A stretch of 64,000 nt of DNA from Rhabdothermincola salaria. GTDB taxonomy: Bacteria > Actinomycetota > Acidimicrobiia > Acidimicrobiales > Acidimicrobilacustridaceae. Positions within the stretch are counted from its first letter, which is position 1. Each line of letters begins with the position of its first letter. The stretch lies in NCBI RefSeq assembly GCF_021246445.1, contig NZ_JAJQXW010000005.1:1-64000 (forward strand), in the 5' to 3' direction. Below the pieces are notes generated by a model that worked only from the letters and a program-made list of their open reading frames with translations, was not told where the DNA came from and ran no database searches. Positions 11,676-24,200 of the stretch are shown here, piece after piece. The translations under genes and the position numbers were made by a program.

Positions 11676-12989
11676 GTGCTCACCAACCTGAAGAACATCT
11701 TCAAGGTCCACGATCTTCGCAACAAGATCCTGTTCACCCTCGCGATGATCGGGCTCTACCGCCTGGGTGCCCACATCCCCGTACCCGGCATCGACACGGG
11801 CGCGCTGGCCTCGTTGCAGCAAGAGGCCGAGCGGGGCGGCATCTTGTCGTTCCTGAGCCTGTTCTCGGGCGGCGCGCTCACGCAGTTCGCCGTGTTCGCC
11901 CTCGGGATCATGCCCTACATCACCTCGTCGATCATCATGCAGATCCTCGGCGTGGTGATCCCCAAGCTCGAGGAGTGGCAGAACCAGGGGGCGGTGGGGC
12001 AGCGCAAGATCACGCAGTGGACGCGCTACGTCACCATCGGCATCGCCATCCTGCAGTCCACCGGCCTCGCCTACCTGTTCAACAGCGGCGGCGGCGGCCT
12101 CACCGGTTCGTCGGTGAACCTGATCCCGAACTTCGACGTGCCCCACGTGCTGTTGATCGTGCTCACGCTCACCACCGGCACCGCCCTGCTGATGTGGCTC
12201 GGCGAGCTCATGACCCAGCGGGGGATCGGCAACGGCATGTCGCTGTTGATCTTCGCCTCGGTCGTCAGCACCCTCCCCGGCCAGCTGGCCCAGATCAAGG
12301 CGGCGGGCGGCTGGACGGCGGTGACCCTGTTCGTCGCCGGCTTCACGATGATCCTGGTGGCCATCGTGTTCGTCGAGCAGGGCCAGCGCCGGATCCCGGT
12401 GCAGTTCGCCAAGCGGGTGGTGGGCCGCCGCATGTACGGCGGCCAGAGCACCTACATCCCGCTGAAGGTGAACCAGTCCGGTGTCATCCCGATCATCTTC
12501 GCCAGTTCGGTGCTCTACCTGCCCCAGCTGCTTACCTTCGTGCTCCCCTCAGACGGCTGGGGCGCCAGCGTGCAGACCTTCGTCGACGACAACATCGTGC
12601 GGCCCAACGCCCCGCTGCACCTGTTGGTCTTCGGCCTGTTGATCATCGGCTTCGCCTACTTCTACACGGCCATCACCTTCGATCCCGTGAAGCAGGCCGA
12701 CACGCTGCGCAAGCAGGGCGGGTTCATCCCCGGCATCCGTCCCGGGCCCCAGACCGAGCGGTACCTGGCCAAGATCCTCTCCCGGATCACCCTTCCCGGC
12801 GCCCTCTTCATCGCGTCGGTGGCCCTCATCCCGTCGTTCGTCCTCACGACCTACCTGCCGGGCTCGTCGGGCCAGAACGTCAGCTTCTCCGGCATCACCA
12901 TCCTCATCGCCGTCGGTGTGGCCCTCGAGACCATGAAGCAGGTCGACAGCCAGCTGATGATGCGGAACTACGAAGGGTTCCTGAAGTAG
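11676..12989 (+). CDS. secY: Preprotein translocase subunit SecY
   Basis: FALGIMPYIT, GIGNGMSLLIF, IPGIRPG; many TM segments. Confidence 0.99.
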   Translation: MLTNLKNIFKVHDLRNKILFTLAMIGLYRLGAHIPVPGIDTGALASLQQEAERGGILSFLSLFSGGALTQFAVFALGIMPYITSSIIMQILGVVIPKLEEWQNQGAVGQRKITQWTRYVTIGIAILQSTGLAYLFNSGGGGLTGSSVNLIPNFDVPHVLLIVLTLTTGTALLMWLGELMTQRGIGNGMSLLIFASVVSTLPGQLAQIKAAGGWTAVTLFVAGFTMILVAIVFVEQGQRRIPVQFAKRVVGRRMYGGQSTYIPLKVNQSGVIPIIFASSVLYLPQLLTFVLPSDGWGASVQTFVDDNIVRPNAPLHLLVFGLLIIGFAYFYTAITFDPVKQADTLRKQGGFIPGIRPGPQTERYLAKILSRITLPGALFIASVALIPSFVLTTYLPGSSGQNVSFSGITILIAVGVALETMKQVDSQLMMRNYEGFLK

Positions 12990-13636
12990 TGGCCATCCGA
13001 CTCCTGATCTTCGGTCGCCAGGGCGCGGGGAAGGGCACACAGTCGGCCCTCCTCGCCGAGCACTACGGGGCCGTGCACATCTCCACCGGCGACGTGCTGC
13101 GCGCTGCCGTCGCCAACGCCACCCCGGTGGGGCTCGAGGCCAAGTCGTACATGGACTCCGGTCAGCTGGTCCCCGACGAGGTCATGCTGGGCGTCGTCGA
13201 GGAGCGCCTGGCGCAACCCGACATCGTCGAGCACGGCTTCCTCCTCGACGGCTTCCCCCGCACGGTGCCCCAGGCCGAGGCCCTCCTCGGCATCACCGAC
13301 GTCGACGTGGCGGTCGATCTCGTGGTCCCCGAGGACGTCGTCCTCGAGCGCATCTCGTCGCGACGGGTGTGCTCGTCATGCGGTCGGATCTACTCGGTGG
13401 GCATGCCGCCCGCCGAGGGCTGGACCTGCGACACCTGCGGTGGCGAGGTCGTCCAGCGCGCCGACGACACCCCCGAGGCCGTCGCCAAGCGCCTCGCGGC
13501 CTACAGCAGCGAGACCGAGCCGACCATCCGGTGCTTCGAGGACAAGGGGCTCCTGGCGACCGTCGACGGCCTCGGCACCCCCACCGAGGTGCAGGATCGC
13601 CTGGTGGCGGCCATCGACGCCGCTGTCGCGTCCTGA
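12989..13636 (+). CDS. adk: Adenylate kinase (zinc LID type)
   Basis: GRQGAGKGTQ, HISTGD, LDGFPRT, CxxC..CxxC LID. Confidence 0.97.
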   Translation: MAIRLLIFGRQGAGKGTQSALLAEHYGAVHISTGDVLRAAVANATPVGLEAKSYMDSGQLVPDEVMLGVVEERLAQPDIVEHGFLLDGFPRTVPQAEALLGITDVDVAVDLVVPEDVVLERISSRRVCSSCGRIYSVGMPPAEGWTCDTCGGEVVQRADDTPEAVAKRLAAYSSETEPTIRCFEDKGLLATVDGLGTPTEVQDRLVAAIDAAVAS

Positions 13637-13643
13637 CCCCACG

Positions 13644-14384
13644 GTGAAGCGCACCCCCGAACAGATCCGCCTCATGCGGGCGGCGGGACGGGTGGTGGCC
13701 GAGATGCACGACGAGATCCGCCGGGCGGTCCGGCCCGGGGTCACGACCCTGCAGCTCGATGCCATCGGTCGGACCGTCCTCGAGCGCCGGGGGGCCACCT
13801 CGAACTTCCTCGGCTACCACGGCTACCCGGCTGTGATCTGCGCCTCGCCCAACGACACCATCGTCCACGGCATCCCCTCGGATCGGGCCCTCGTCGACGG
13901 CGACATCCTCTCCATCGACTGCGGAGCCGTCGTGGACGGCTGGCACGGCGACGCCGCCTTCACCATGGCGGTGGGCGAGGTCTCGCCCGAGGCCGAGCGC
14001 CTCATCGAGGTCACCCGAGCATCGTTGTTCGCCGGCATCGCCGCCATGCGCGACGGCAAGCGGCTGGGCGACGTGGGCGCGGCCGTCCAGCGCACGGTCG
14101 AGGCCGCCGGTTTCTCGGTGGTCCGCGAGTACGTGGGCCATGGGATCGGCACGGCGATGCACGAGAAGCCCGAGGTGCCCAACGTGGGCGTCCCGGGCAA
14201 GGGCGGTCGCTTGAAGCCGGGCATGACCCTCGCCCTCGAGCCGATGGTCAACGTCGGGGCCCCCGAGACCTTCCTCACCGACGACGGCTGGACGGTGGTC
14301 ACCGCCGACCGCTCCCTCTCCGCCCACTGGGAGCACACGGTGCTGGTGACCGAGGGCGAACCCGAGATCCTCACCGCCGCGTAG
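13644..14384 (+). CDS. map: Methionine aminopeptidase type I
   Basis: [29 protein letters not shown]. Confidence 0.97.
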   Translation: MKRTPEQIRLMRAAGRVVAEMHDEIRRAVRPGVTTLQLDAIGRTVLERRGATSNFLGYHGYPAVICASPNDTIVHGIPSDRALVDGDILSIDCGAVVDGWHGDAAFTMAVGEVSPEAERLIEVTRASLFAGIAAMRDGKRLGDVGAAVQRTVEAAGFSVVREYVGHGIGTAMHEKPEVPNVGVPGKGGRLKPGMTLALEPMVNVGAPETFLTDDGWTVVTADRSLSAHWEHTVLVTEGEPEILTAA

Positions 14385-14513
14385 CGGGCGCCGCCCCGCC
14401 GTGGACCGACCACGATGCCGGATGCGCCTCGCCGAGGTGCTCGCCGCGGGCGGTGGGGGCGACTACGGTGCTGGGCGAGGCTCGTGAGCTCGCCGGCACC
14501 CGATCTCGCCGAA

Positions 14514-14543
14514 TTGGAATCCGACGGCGAGCACCGCTAGCAT
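14514..14543 (+). promoter_or_regulatory. Putative promoter upstream of infA
   Basis: TTGGAA-N18-TAGCAT, same layout as the putative rplC promoter. Confidence 0.4.
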
Positions 14544-14614
14544 CGTCCTTCGGCCATCCGCGCCCCCGCGTCTCTGCGCGCCGGGGTGCGATCCGTGCGA
14601 GCAGGAGGACCACG

Positions 14615-14839
14615 CTGCCGAAGCCCAAGGAAGACGCGATCGTTCTCGAGGGAACGGTCATCGAGCCGTTGCCCAACGCCATGTTCCGAGTCGAGCTCGA
14701 GAACGGGCACAAGGTGCTGGCCCACATCTCGGGGAAGATGCGCATGCACTACATCCGCATCCTGCCCGGTGATCGCGTCCAGGTTGAGCTGACGCCGTAC
14801 GACCTCACCCGCGGCCGAATCACCTATCGGTACAAGTAG
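14615..14839 (+). CDS. infA: Translation initiation factor IF-1 (probable CTG start)
   Basis: [47 protein letters not shown] 5 nt before CTG. Confidence 0.96.
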   Translation: MPKPKEDAIVLEGTVIEPLPNAMFRVELENGHKVLAHISGKMRMHYIRILPGDRVQVELTPYDLTRGRITYRYK

Positions 14840-14931
14840 GACACCACCAGGCAAGTGAGCGTCCGGCCGCCCTGGCCGGACCCGCCGGGGGGATCATGCC
14901 CCGGTGACCCTGAACGAAGGATTCAGGCGAT

Positions 14932-15045
14932 TTGAAAGTACGTCCGAGCGTCAAGAAGATCTGTGAGAAGTGCAAGGTGATCCGCCGCCACGGGCGGGTT
15001 CGGGTCATCTGCACCAATCCCCGACACAAGCAGCGGCAGGGCTGA
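14932..15045 (+). CDS. rpmJ: 50S ribosomal protein L36 (absent from ORF track)
   Basis: TTG start; [37 protein letters not shown]. Confidence 0.98.
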   Translation: MKVRPSVKKICEKCKVIRRHGRVRVICTNPRHKQRQG

Positions 15046-15046
15046 C

Positions 15047-15426
15047 ATGGCCCGCATCGCAGGGGTCGACGTCCCCCGAGAAAAGCGTCTCGAGATCAGC
15101 CTCACCTACATCTTCGGCGTGGGTCGCACCACCGCCAAGCAGATCTGTGAGTTCACCGACATCGACTCCAGCACGCGGGTCCGCGACCTCACCGACGAAG
15201 AGGTGAACCGCATCCGCGCCTGGATCGACCAGAACCTCAAGGTCGAGGGTGACCTGCGGCGCGAGGTCGACCAGGACATCCGTCGCAAGATGGAGATCGG
15301 TTCCTACCAGGGCCTGCGCCACCGCAAGGGCCTGCCCGTCCGCGGCCAGCGCACGCACACCAACGCTCGCACCCGCAAGGGCCCGAAGAAGACCGTGGCC
15401 GGCAAGAAGAAGGTGGGTCGCAAGTA

Positions 15427-15427
<1 letters not shown>
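15047..15427 (+). CDS. rpsM: 30S ribosomal protein S13
   Basis: MARIAGVD...[18 protein letters not shown]. Confidence 0.99.
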
Positions 15428-15825
<398 letters not shown>

Positions 15826-15827
15826 CC

Positions 15828-16445
15828 ATGGCTCGTTACACCGGACCCAAGGCGCGCGTCTCGCGTCGCCTGGGCACCAACATCTTCGGCACCAAGGGCG
15901 AGACCGTCGCCCTCGACAAGCGGCCGTATCCCCCGGGCGAGCACGGTCGCACCCGCCGACGGGGCAATCCCTCGGAGTACCTGCTCCAGATGCAGGAGAA
16001 GCAGAAGGCCCGCTTCACCTACGGTCTCTCCGAGCGGCAGTTCCGCAACCTCTACGAGGAGGCGAACCGCAAGGCGGGGGTGACCGGCGAGAACATGCTC
16101 CGGTTCCTCGAGATGCGGCTCGACAACGTCGTCTACCGCTCCGGCTGGGCGGCCACTCGTCCCCAGGCCCGCCAGTTCGTGGGCCACGGCCACGTGAACG
16201 TCAACGGCAAGCGGGTCGACATCCCCAGCTTCCGCGTCCGTCCGGGCGATGTCGTCACCCTGCGCGACAAGGCCCGCGAGATGGTCGTCGTGCAGTGGAA
16301 CCGCGACGTGCTCGACCGCACGCCTCCGGCGTGGCTCGAGTCCGGTGAGGGCGGCTTCACCATCACGGTGCTGCAGGCCCCGGTCCGCGACCAGATCGAC
16401 GTGCCGGTGCGCGAGCAGCTCATCGTCGAGCTCTATTCGAAGTAG
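15828..16445 (+). CDS. rpsD: 30S ribosomal protein S4
   Basis: [26 protein letters not shown]. Confidence 0.99.
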   Translation: MARYTGPKARVSRRLGTNIFGTKGETVALDKRPYPPGEHGRTRRRGNPSEYLLQMQEKQKARFTYGLSERQFRNLYEEANRKAGVTGENMLRFLEMRLDNVVYRSGWAATRPQARQFVGHGHVNVNGKRVDIPSFRVRPGDVVTLRDKAREMVVVQWNRDVLDRTPPAWLESGEGGFTITVLQAPVRDQIDVPVREQLIVELYSK

Positions 16446-16518
16446 GCGCCCACCGGGCGGGGGACGAGCCCCCGCCCGTGCGCCGATCCCCATCCGTACG
16501 GAACCGAGGTAGACACAC

Positions 16519-17457
16519 ATGCTGGTCATGCAGCGCCCGAAGGTGGAAGCGCTCGGAGAGGTCGACGACGCCCGTCAGCTCTTCGCCCTGGGCCCGCTGG
16601 AGCCGGGATTCGGGCACACGCTCGGAAACTCGCTCCGCCGCACCCTTCTCTCGTCGATCCCGGGAGCGGCCGTCACCCAGGTCCGCTTCGACGAGGCCCT
16701 CCACGAGTTCGACACCATCAAGGGCGTCACCGAGGACGTCACCGACATCTTGTTGAACCTCAAGGACCTCGTCCTGCGGGTGCACACCGATGAGCCGGTG
16801 ACCCTTCGTCTCGACGCCCGCGGTCCGGCCGAGGTCACCGCGGCCGACATCGCCCTCACCTCCGATGTGGAGGTCCTCAACCCGGACCTGCACATCGCCA
16901 CACTCAACGGCAACGGCCGTCTGGCCATCGACATCACCGTCGAGACGGGTCGGGGCTACGTCTCGGCCGATCGCAACAAGACCTCGAGCACCATCGGTGT
17001 GATCCCGGTCGACTCGATCTTCTCGCCGGTGCGTCGGGTCACGTTCTCCGTCGAGCCCACGCGCGTCGAGCACTCCACGGAGTTCGATCGCCTGGTCCTC
17101 GACATCGAGACCGACGGCTCCATCTCCGCCCGAGAGGCGCTGGCGTCGGCAGGGGCCACCCTGCAGTCGCTGGTCCAGCTCGTCGCCGAGATGAGCGACG
17201 AGCCCCAGGGCCTCGAGCTGGGTGAGGTGGCCGTGGCCGCCACCGGCTCGCCCGACCTCGACCTCCCCATCGAGGACCTCGATCTCTCCGAGCGTCCTCG
17301 CAACTGCCTCAAGCGGGCCCAGGTCAACTCCGTCGGGGAGCTCCTCGACAAGACCGAGGACGACCTGCTCGCCATCACCAACTTCGGCCAGAAGTCGCTC
17401 GACGAGGTCATCGCCAAGCTCGACGAGCGCGGTCTGTCGCTCAAGCACCGGGACTGA
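16519..17457 (+). CDS. rpoA: RNA polymerase alpha subunit
   Basis: [33 protein letters not shown]. Confidence 0.99.
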   Translation: MLVMQRPKVEALGEVDDARQLFALGPLEPGFGHTLGNSLRRTLLSSIPGAAVTQVRFDEALHEFDTIKGVTEDVTDILLNLKDLVLRVHTDEPVTLRLDARGPAEVTAADIALTSDVEVLNPDLHIATLNGNGRLAIDITVETGRGYVSADRNKTSSTIGVIPVDSIFSPVRRVTFSVEPTRVEHSTEFDRLVLDIETDGSISAREALASAGATLQSLVQLVAEMSDEPQGLELGEVAVAATGSPDLDLPIEDLDLSERPRNCLKRAQVNSVGELLDKTEDDLLAITNFGQKSLDEVIAKLDERGLSLKHRD

Positions 17458-17464
17458 AACCGCC

Positions 17465-17818
17465 ATGCCTGCTACTCCCCGCAAATCCCGCCGCTTCGGC
17501 GGCAGCGCCTCTCACCAGCGTCTGATGATGGCCAACCTGGCCGCGTCGCTCTTCGCGGCCGAAGGCATCGTCACCACCGAGGCCAAGGCCAAGGCCCTGC
17601 GCCCGGTGGCCGAGAAGCTCATCACCAAGGCCAAGAAGGGCGGCCTGCACCGCCACCGCCAGGTCGTCGCCTACCTCGGCGACAAGGAGATGGCGTCGAA
17701 GCTCTTCGACGACATCGGCCCCCGCTACGTCGAGCGGCCCGGTGGCTACACCCGCATCCTCAAGCTCGGTCCCCGTCAGGGTGACAACGCGCCGATGGCG
17801 CGCATCGAGCTGGTCTGA
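17465..17818 (+). CDS. rplQ: 50S ribosomal protein L17
   Basis: [27 protein letters not shown]...GDNAPMA. Confidence 0.98.
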   Translation: MPATPRKSRRFGGSASHQRLMMANLAASLFAAEGIVTTEAKAKALRPVAEKLITKAKKGGLHRHRQVVAYLGDKEMASKLFDDIGPRYVERPGGYTRILKLGPRQGDNAPMARIELV

Positions 17819-17837
17819 CAGCCGGCGGGTCGCCCCC

Positions 17838-18692
17838 GTGACGACCACCGACCCGACCGCAGCCGACCCCTCGGGGTCGGCTGCGGCGCGTCCGGGCCCG
17901 GTGCGCGTCCGGCTCACCGTGGCCTACGACGGCTCGGCCTTCCACGGCATGGCGGCCAACGAGGGCGTGGCCACGGTGGCCGGCACCCTGGCCGAGGCCC
18001 TGGGGCGCGTCCTGCGCCACCCGGTCACCCTCAGCGTGGCCGGTCGCACCGACAAGGGCGTGCACGCGCACGGCCAGGTGGTGAGCCTCGACGTCGCCGA
18101 TCCCCTCGTCGACCTCGGCGCCCTGGCCCGGGCCGTGAACGGCATCTGCGGGCCGGAGATCTCCGTGCGGGCGGCGACCATCGTGGCCGACGACTTCGAC
18201 GCCCGGTTCTCGGCCACCTGGCGGGCGTACCGCTACACGGTCCTCAACCGGCCCGATCCCGATCCCTTCCTGGCCCGGACGGCCTGGTGGGTGCCCGAGC
18301 CCCTCGACCTCAACGCCCTGCGCCTCGGTTGCGACCCGCTCATCGGCAGCCACGACTTCTCGTCGTTCTGCCGCCGACCCAAGGGTGCCGGTCCCGAGGT
18401 CACCCTGGTCCGCCGGGTGCTCGACGCTCGCTGGCACGACCTGGGCGACGGGGTCCTGCGCTTCGACATCCGGGCCAATGCCTTCTGCCACCAGATGGTG
18501 CGCAGCATCGTCGGGCTGCTGGTCGACGTCGGACGGGGCCGTCGCCGCGCCGGTCAGGTGGCGGGCATCCGCCGGGCGGGCGACCGGGCCGGGGTGCCCA
18601 CCGTGGCCCCGCCGCACGGCCTGTGCCTGTGGGAGGTGGGGTACCCGGCGCTCGGCGCGCCGACCTCCGACCCCCGAGGGCCCCGGCCCTGA
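17838..18692 (+). CDS. truA: tRNA pseudouridine(38-40) synthase
   Basis: [35 protein letters not shown]; start approximate. Confidence 0.96.
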   Translation: MTTTDPTAADPSGSAAARPGPVRVRLTVAYDGSAFHGMAANEGVATVAGTLAEALGRVLRHPVTLSVAGRTDKGVHAHGQVVSLDVADPLVDLGALARAVNGICGPEISVRAATIVADDFDARFSATWRAYRYTVLNRPDPDPFLARTAWWVPEPLDLNALRLGCDPLIGSHDFSSFCRRPKGAGPEVTLVRRVLDARWHDLGDGVLRFDIRANAFCHQMVRSIVGLLVDVGRGRRRAGQVAGIRRAGDRAGVPTVAPPHGLCLWEVGYPALGAPTSDPRGPRP

Positions 18693-18832
18693 CCGCCCCG
18701 ACCGGCCACCGGAGTTGCCCGGTGACGAGGAGCCCCGGTACGATTGCCCGCTGCTCTGGCGCGCGCCGAAGGGTCATCCGTGCGCTGCGTCAGACCCGTC
18801 TCGAAGCACTCCACGAAAGCAAGGGCTTGCGC

Positions 18833-19282
18833 GTGCGCACCTACACCCCCAAGGCCAGCGAGATCCAGCGCGACTGGCACGTCATCGACGCCGAGGGCAT
18901 GGTCCTCGGTCGCCTCGCCACCGAGGTGGCCAGCCTCCTGCGCGGCAAGCACAAGCCGACCTACACCCCCCACCTCGACACCGGCGACCACGTCATCGTG
19001 GTCAACGCCGACAAGATCGTCCTCACCTCCAACAAGGGCGAGCGCCAGATGGTGCACCGCCACTCGGGGTACCCGGGCGGTCTGCGCACGCAGACCTACG
19101 GCAACCTCATGGCCAACAAGCCCGAGGAAGCCGTCCGCCGGGCCGTGCGCGGCATGCTCCCGAAGAACCGCCTCGGTCGTCAGATGATCCGCAAGCTCAA
19201 GGTCTACGCGGGGCCGAACCATCCCCACGCCGCCCAGTCGCCCCAGTCGCTCGAGCTCGCCCGCGCCAAGGCCCGCTCGTAA
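18833..19282 (+). CDS. rplM: 50S ribosomal protein L13
   Basis: [26 protein letters not shown]. Confidence 0.99.
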   Translation: MRTYTPKASEIQRDWHVIDAEGMVLGRLATEVASLLRGKHKPTYTPHLDTGDHVIVVNADKIVLTSNKGERQMVHRHSGYPGGLRTQTYGNLMANKPEEAVRRAVRGMLPKNRLGRQMIRKLKVYAGPNHPHAAQSPQSLELARAKARS

Positions 19283-19305
19283 CCGCTCGCTGCAAGGAAC
19301 CCCCG

Positions 19306-19698
19306 ATGTCGACTCCTCTCGTCCAGTCCACCGGTCGCCGCAAGCGTGCGGTCGCCCGTGTCAACCTCCGTCCCGGCTCCGGGACCATCACGGTCAACAA
19401 GCGCTCGGTCGACGAGTACTTCCCGACCCCGACCCACCGGATGATCCTCACCGAGCCGTTGCGCCTCACCGAGCTCTCCGAGACCTACGACGTCGACTGC
19501 CGCATCGACGGCGGCGGGGCCTCCGGGCAGGCGGGCGCGCTGCGTCACGCCATCGCCCGGGCGCTCATCGAGGTCGACCCCGAGCTGCGCCCGGAGCTCA
19601 AGAAGGCCGGCTTCCTCACCCGCGACGATCGCAAGAAGGAATCCAAGAAGTACGGCCTCAAGAAGGCCCGCAAGGCTCCGCAGTACTCCAAGCGCTGA
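19306..19698 (+). CDS. rpsI: 30S ribosomal protein S9
   Basis: [32 protein letters not shown]. Confidence 0.99.
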   Translation: MSTPLVQSTGRRKRAVARVNLRPGSGTITVNKRSVDEYFPTPTHRMILTEPLRLTELSETYDVDCRIDGGGASGQAGALRHAIARALIEVDPELRPELKKAGFLTRDDRKKESKKYGLKKARKAPQYSKR

Positions 19699-19833
19699 GC
19701 CGGCCGGTCGCTCCGGCCTCGAGGCCGCGACCGACCCTGCCGTCACCACCGACGTGCGCCTCCCTGTCGGGACGGCGCACGTCGGCGTTTTGGTCCCCTG
19801 GGTGCGCCACGATCGAGCAAGGAGAAGTCGTCG

Positions 19834-21159
19834 ATGACGTTGCGGTTCGGGACCGACGGGGTGCGCGGCCGCGCCGATGAGCTCACCGACGAGCTGGTGG
19901 TCGCACTCGGCCAGGCCGCCGCCGAGGTGCTCGGCGCCGACGCCATGGTGGTGGGTCGCGACACCCGGGCCTCGGGTCCTCGGCTCGAGGCGGCCCTGGC
20001 GGAGGGGGCGCGCGCCGCAGGGGTCGAGCCGATCGGCCTCGGGGTCGTGCCCACGCCGACGGTGGCCTGGGAGAGCGCCCGCTCGGGTCGCACCGGTGCG
20101 GTGATCTCCGCATCGCACAACCCCTGGACCGACAACGGCATCAAGTTCTTCGCACCCGGCGGGCGCAAGCTCTCCGACGAGCTGGAGGAGCGCCTGGAGG
20201 CCCGCCTCGACGAGCTCGTGGCCATCGCCGCGCCACTTCCGACAGGGATGGTCGAACCGGCGGGTGATCCCTCGGTGGGCACGGCCTGGGCCGAGGCCCT
20301 CCGGGCGACCGTGCCGGCCGACGCCCTGCGCGGCATGAAGGTCGTCGTCGACTGTGCCAACGGGGCGTCGTCGGCGCTGGCGCCCGGCGTCCTGCGGGAC
20401 CTGGGCTGCGATCTGGTGGTGCTGCACGACTCGCCGGATGGCACCAACATCAACGACGGATGCGGCTCCACCCACCCGGGGGACCTGCAGGCCGCGGTGG
20501 TGGAGCACGGGGCGGATGTCGGGCTGGCCTTCGACGGCGACGCCGACCGGGTGCTGGCCGTGGACGAGCGGGGCGCCCTGGTCGACGGCGACCACCTCAT
20601 CGCCCTGTTCGCCCTCGATCTCCAGGACCGGGGCCGACTGGCCCAGGACCACGTCGTCGTGACGGTGATGACCAACCTCGGCTTCCGCCACGCCATGTCG
20701 AGCGCGGGCATCGAGGTGGTCGAAACGCCGGTGGGCGACCGCCACGTGTTGGAGGCCCTGCAACGCGGCGGCTGGTCGCTGGGCGGCGAGCAGTCCGGCC
20801 ACATCGTCTTCGCCGACCTGGCCACCACGGGCGACGGCCTGCTCTCGGGGCTCCAGCTGCTCGATCTCCTCCGTCGCTCCGGACGGCCTCTCTCCGAGCT
20901 GGCGGCGCAGGTGATGACCCGGCTGCCGCAGGTGCTGGTCAACGTGGCGGTCGACCAGCGTCGCCCCGACATCGCCGACCTGGTCGCCGACGCGGTGGCG
21001 GCCGAGGAGGCGGTGCTCGACGGCGCCGGCCGCATCCTGATCCGCCCCAGCGGCACCGAACCGCTCGTGCGGGTCATGGTCGAGGCCCCCTCGGCCGAGC
21101 AGGCCGAAGGCGTGGCCCAGCGCCTGGCCGCCGCCGTGGGCGCAGCCTGCGCCACGTAG
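19834..21159 (+). CDS. glmM: Phosphoglucosamine mutase
   Basis: FGTDGVRG, ISASHNP, DGDADR, RPSGTEP. Confidence 0.96.
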   Translation: MTLRFGTDGVRGRADELTDELVVALGQAAAEVLGADAMVVGRDTRASGPRLEAALAEGARAAGVEPIGLGVVPTPTVAWESARSGRTGAVISASHNPWTDNGIKFFAPGGRKLSDELEERLEARLDELVAIAAPLPTGMVEPAGDPSVGTAWAEALRATVPADALRGMKVVVDCANGASSALAPGVLRDLGCDLVVLHDSPDGTNINDGCGSTHPGDLQAAVVEHGADVGLAFDGDADRVLAVDERGALVDGDHLIALFALDLQDRGRLAQDHVVVTVMTNLGFRHAMSSAGIEVVETPVGDRHVLEALQRGGWSLGGEQSGHIVFADLATTGDGLLSGLQLLDLLRRSGRPLSELAAQVMTRLPQVLVNVAVDQRRPDIADLVADAVAAEEAVLDGAGRILIRPSGTEPLVRVMVEAPSAEQAEGVAQRLAAAVGAACAT

Positions 21160-21235
21160 ACTCCACGGGTTCGCTTCGCCGTCCGGCAGCCGGGTGCATC
21201 CGTCGCCGGGACAACCCCAGGAGTCCGTCGGCCAC

Positions 21236-24200
21236 ATGTGCGGGATCATCGCCGTCGTCCGCCAACGATCCGATCGGACGCCGCCTGCGCCGGCGGAGGT
21301 CACCGACGCCCTCGACGCCGCCTCCCGCCACCTGGCCACCGCGCTCGAGCTCCCGGTCGATCGGGCCCTGATCGAGACGGTGGCGTCGGCCGGCCGGGCC
21401 GCCCACGATGCCGACCGCATCCTGCGAGGGGTTCCCGGCGTGGTCGCCCTGCTGGGCTCGGCCGACCTGGCGGCGACGGTGGAGAACCTCGCCGACGGCC
21501 TCGATCGCCAGGTGGTCGAGCTCGAAGCGCGTCTCGACGCCGCGGGCGCGGGCGCGGTCGCCGGTTCCGAGCTCGAGGCGCTCAACGCAGCCGTGGTGGC
21601 GGTCAAGGACGCCGTGTGGGCCTTGCGCCGCGATCGCCTGCGGGCGGCGCGGAGCGTGGCCGAGCTGGCCGGTCCCGGTGCGGGGCCGAGCGCGGTCGCC
21701 GCCCACCTGTCCGTGCACCAGGCCCTCTCGGCCATCGACCGCCTCGAGGTCCGAGGTCGCGACTCGGCCGGCCTGCACCTGTTGGTGCGCGACCACGGCC
21801 TCGACCTCGACTCCCCGGCGATCCAGGCCGCCCTGGCCGACCGGGCCGGCGACCCCCTGTTCGGCCACCGGGCGGTGCGCACCCCCGAGGGCCACCTGAG
21901 CTTCGTCTACAAGGCGGCGGCCGAGATCGGTGAGCTCGGCGACAACACCCGCCACCTCCGCGACGCCATTCGGGCCGACGCCCTCCTGCGCCAGGCCCTG
22001 GGCGCCGACGACGCCCAGGTGGTGGTGCTGGGGCACACCCGGTGGGCCAGCGTCGGCATCATCTCGGCGCCCAACGCCCACCCGTTGAACTCCGAGGAAC
22101 TCGACGACACGGCGGGCTCCTACGTCACCGCGGTGCTCAACGGCGACGTCGACAACTTCGCCGACCTCAAGGCCACCGAGGGCCTGCGCATCGCCCCGGA
22201 GATCACCACCGACGCCAAGGTGATCCCCACGCTCACCAGCCGGGCCATGGCCGACGGCTCGGACCTCGACGAGGCGTTCCGGCGTACCGTCAACCTCCTC
22301 GAGGGGTCGGTGGCCATCGCCGCCAGCGCCGCGGGCGATCCCGACGACCTGTTGCTGGCGCTGCGGGGCAGCGGCCAGGCCCTCTACGTGGGGCTGGCCG
22401 AGGACGCCTTCATCGTGGCCAGCGAGCCCTACGGGGTGGTCGAGGAGACCGACACCTACCTCCGCCTCGACGGGGAGGTGCCGGCCAGCCCCGACAACCC
22501 GGCCAGCAGCGGCCAGGTGGTGCGCCTCCACGGCGACGCCGCCGGCACGGTGGCGGGCATGCAGCGCTGGGCCTACGACGGCACGCTGGTGCCGGTCACC
22601 GACTCGGACCTCGCTGTGGCCCAGATCACCACCCGCGACATCGACCGCGGCGACTCCCCCCACTACCTGTTGAAGGAGATCGGCGAGGCTCCGGCCTCGT
22701 TCCGCAAGACGCTTCGGGGGAAGCTGGTCGACGGGCCCGACGGCCTGTCGGTCCACCTCGGCGACGACGTCCTGGCGCCCGACGTGCGCACCGCCCTCGC
22801 CGACGGCTCCATCAGCCGGGTGCTGGTGATCGGCCAGGGCACCGCCGCCGTGGCCGGCCGGTCGCTGGTCGAGGCCGTGGCCACCCTCGCGCCGACCTCC
22901 CGCCTGCGGGTCGAGGCCGTGCTGGCCACCGAGCTGTCGGGCTTCGACCTGCGCGCCTCCATGGAGGACACGTTGGTCGTGGCCGTCAGCCAGAGCGGCA
23001 CGACCACCGACACCAACCGCACCGTCGACCTGGTGCGGGGGCGGGGCGCCCGCGTGGTGGCGGTGGTGAACCGGCGCAACAGCGATCTCACCGACCGGGC
23101 CGACGGCGTGCTCTACACCTCCGACGGGCGCGACGTGGAGATGAGCGTCGCGTCGACCAAGGCCTTCTACGCCCAGATCGCGGCGTGCTATCTGCTCGCC
23201 GTGGCCATCGTCGACGCCCGCGGCGACGTCGCCGCCCCTCGGGGTGAGCTGCTCGCCGCGTTGCGCTCCATGCCCGAGGCCATGGAGCGGGTGATGGCCC
23301 TTCGTCCCGCCATCGCGGATGCCGCCCGTCGCCTGGCCCCGTCGCGCCGGTACTGGGCCATCGTCGGCAACGGAGCCAACCGCATCGCCGCCGAGGAGAT
23401 CCGGATCAAGCTCTCCGAGCTCTGCTACAAGGCCATCGCCTGCGACGGCACCGAGGACAAGAAGCACATCGACCTGTCGTCGGAGCCGATGATCCTGGTG
23501 TGCGCCGCCGGCCTGCAGGGTTCCACGGCCGACGACGTGGCCAAGGAGGTGGCGATCTACCGGGCCCACAAGGCGGCACCGGTCGTGGTGGCCACCGAGG
23601 GCGAGGAGCGCTTCTCCGCCGCCCTGCACGTCATCTCGGTGCCTGTGACCCATCCCCGGCTGGCCTTCGTCCTCTCGGCCATGGTCGGGCACCTCTTCGG
23701 CTACGAGGCCGCCCTCGCCATCGATGCCCAGGCGACACCCCTCCGCGAGGCCCGGGCCGCCATCGACGAGGCTGCCGCCGACGGCCTCGACGGCGAGGAG
23801 GCCCTGCGTTCTCTCCAACCGGCGCTGACCGCCACCGCCACGCGCTTCTACGACGGCTTGCGCACCGGCGACTACGACGGCCACCTGGAGGCGTCCACCG
23901 CCGTGCGCCTCTCGTCGACGTGGCGCTTCGCGCTGGGCGTCATCGGGCTCGACGCCTACCAGCTCGAGCATGGCAAGGTCGGCACGCCGGGGGTGGTCCT
24001 CGAGGACCTCTCCATCGCCCTGAGCCGTGCCATCGACGAGCTGACCCGACCCATCGACGCCATCAAGCACCAGGCCAAGACCGTGACGGTGGGCATCTCG
24101 CGCAGCGACGAGACCCTGCTGCAGGTGCCGTTGGTGAAAGAGGTGCTCGTCGCCGGCGCCGCCCGTGACCATCTCACCTACGCCACGCTGCGCACCCTGG

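Noticed and set aside
21160..21235. glmS ribozyme
   Set aside because: The gap is only ~76 nt and I could not find the conserved ribozyme core
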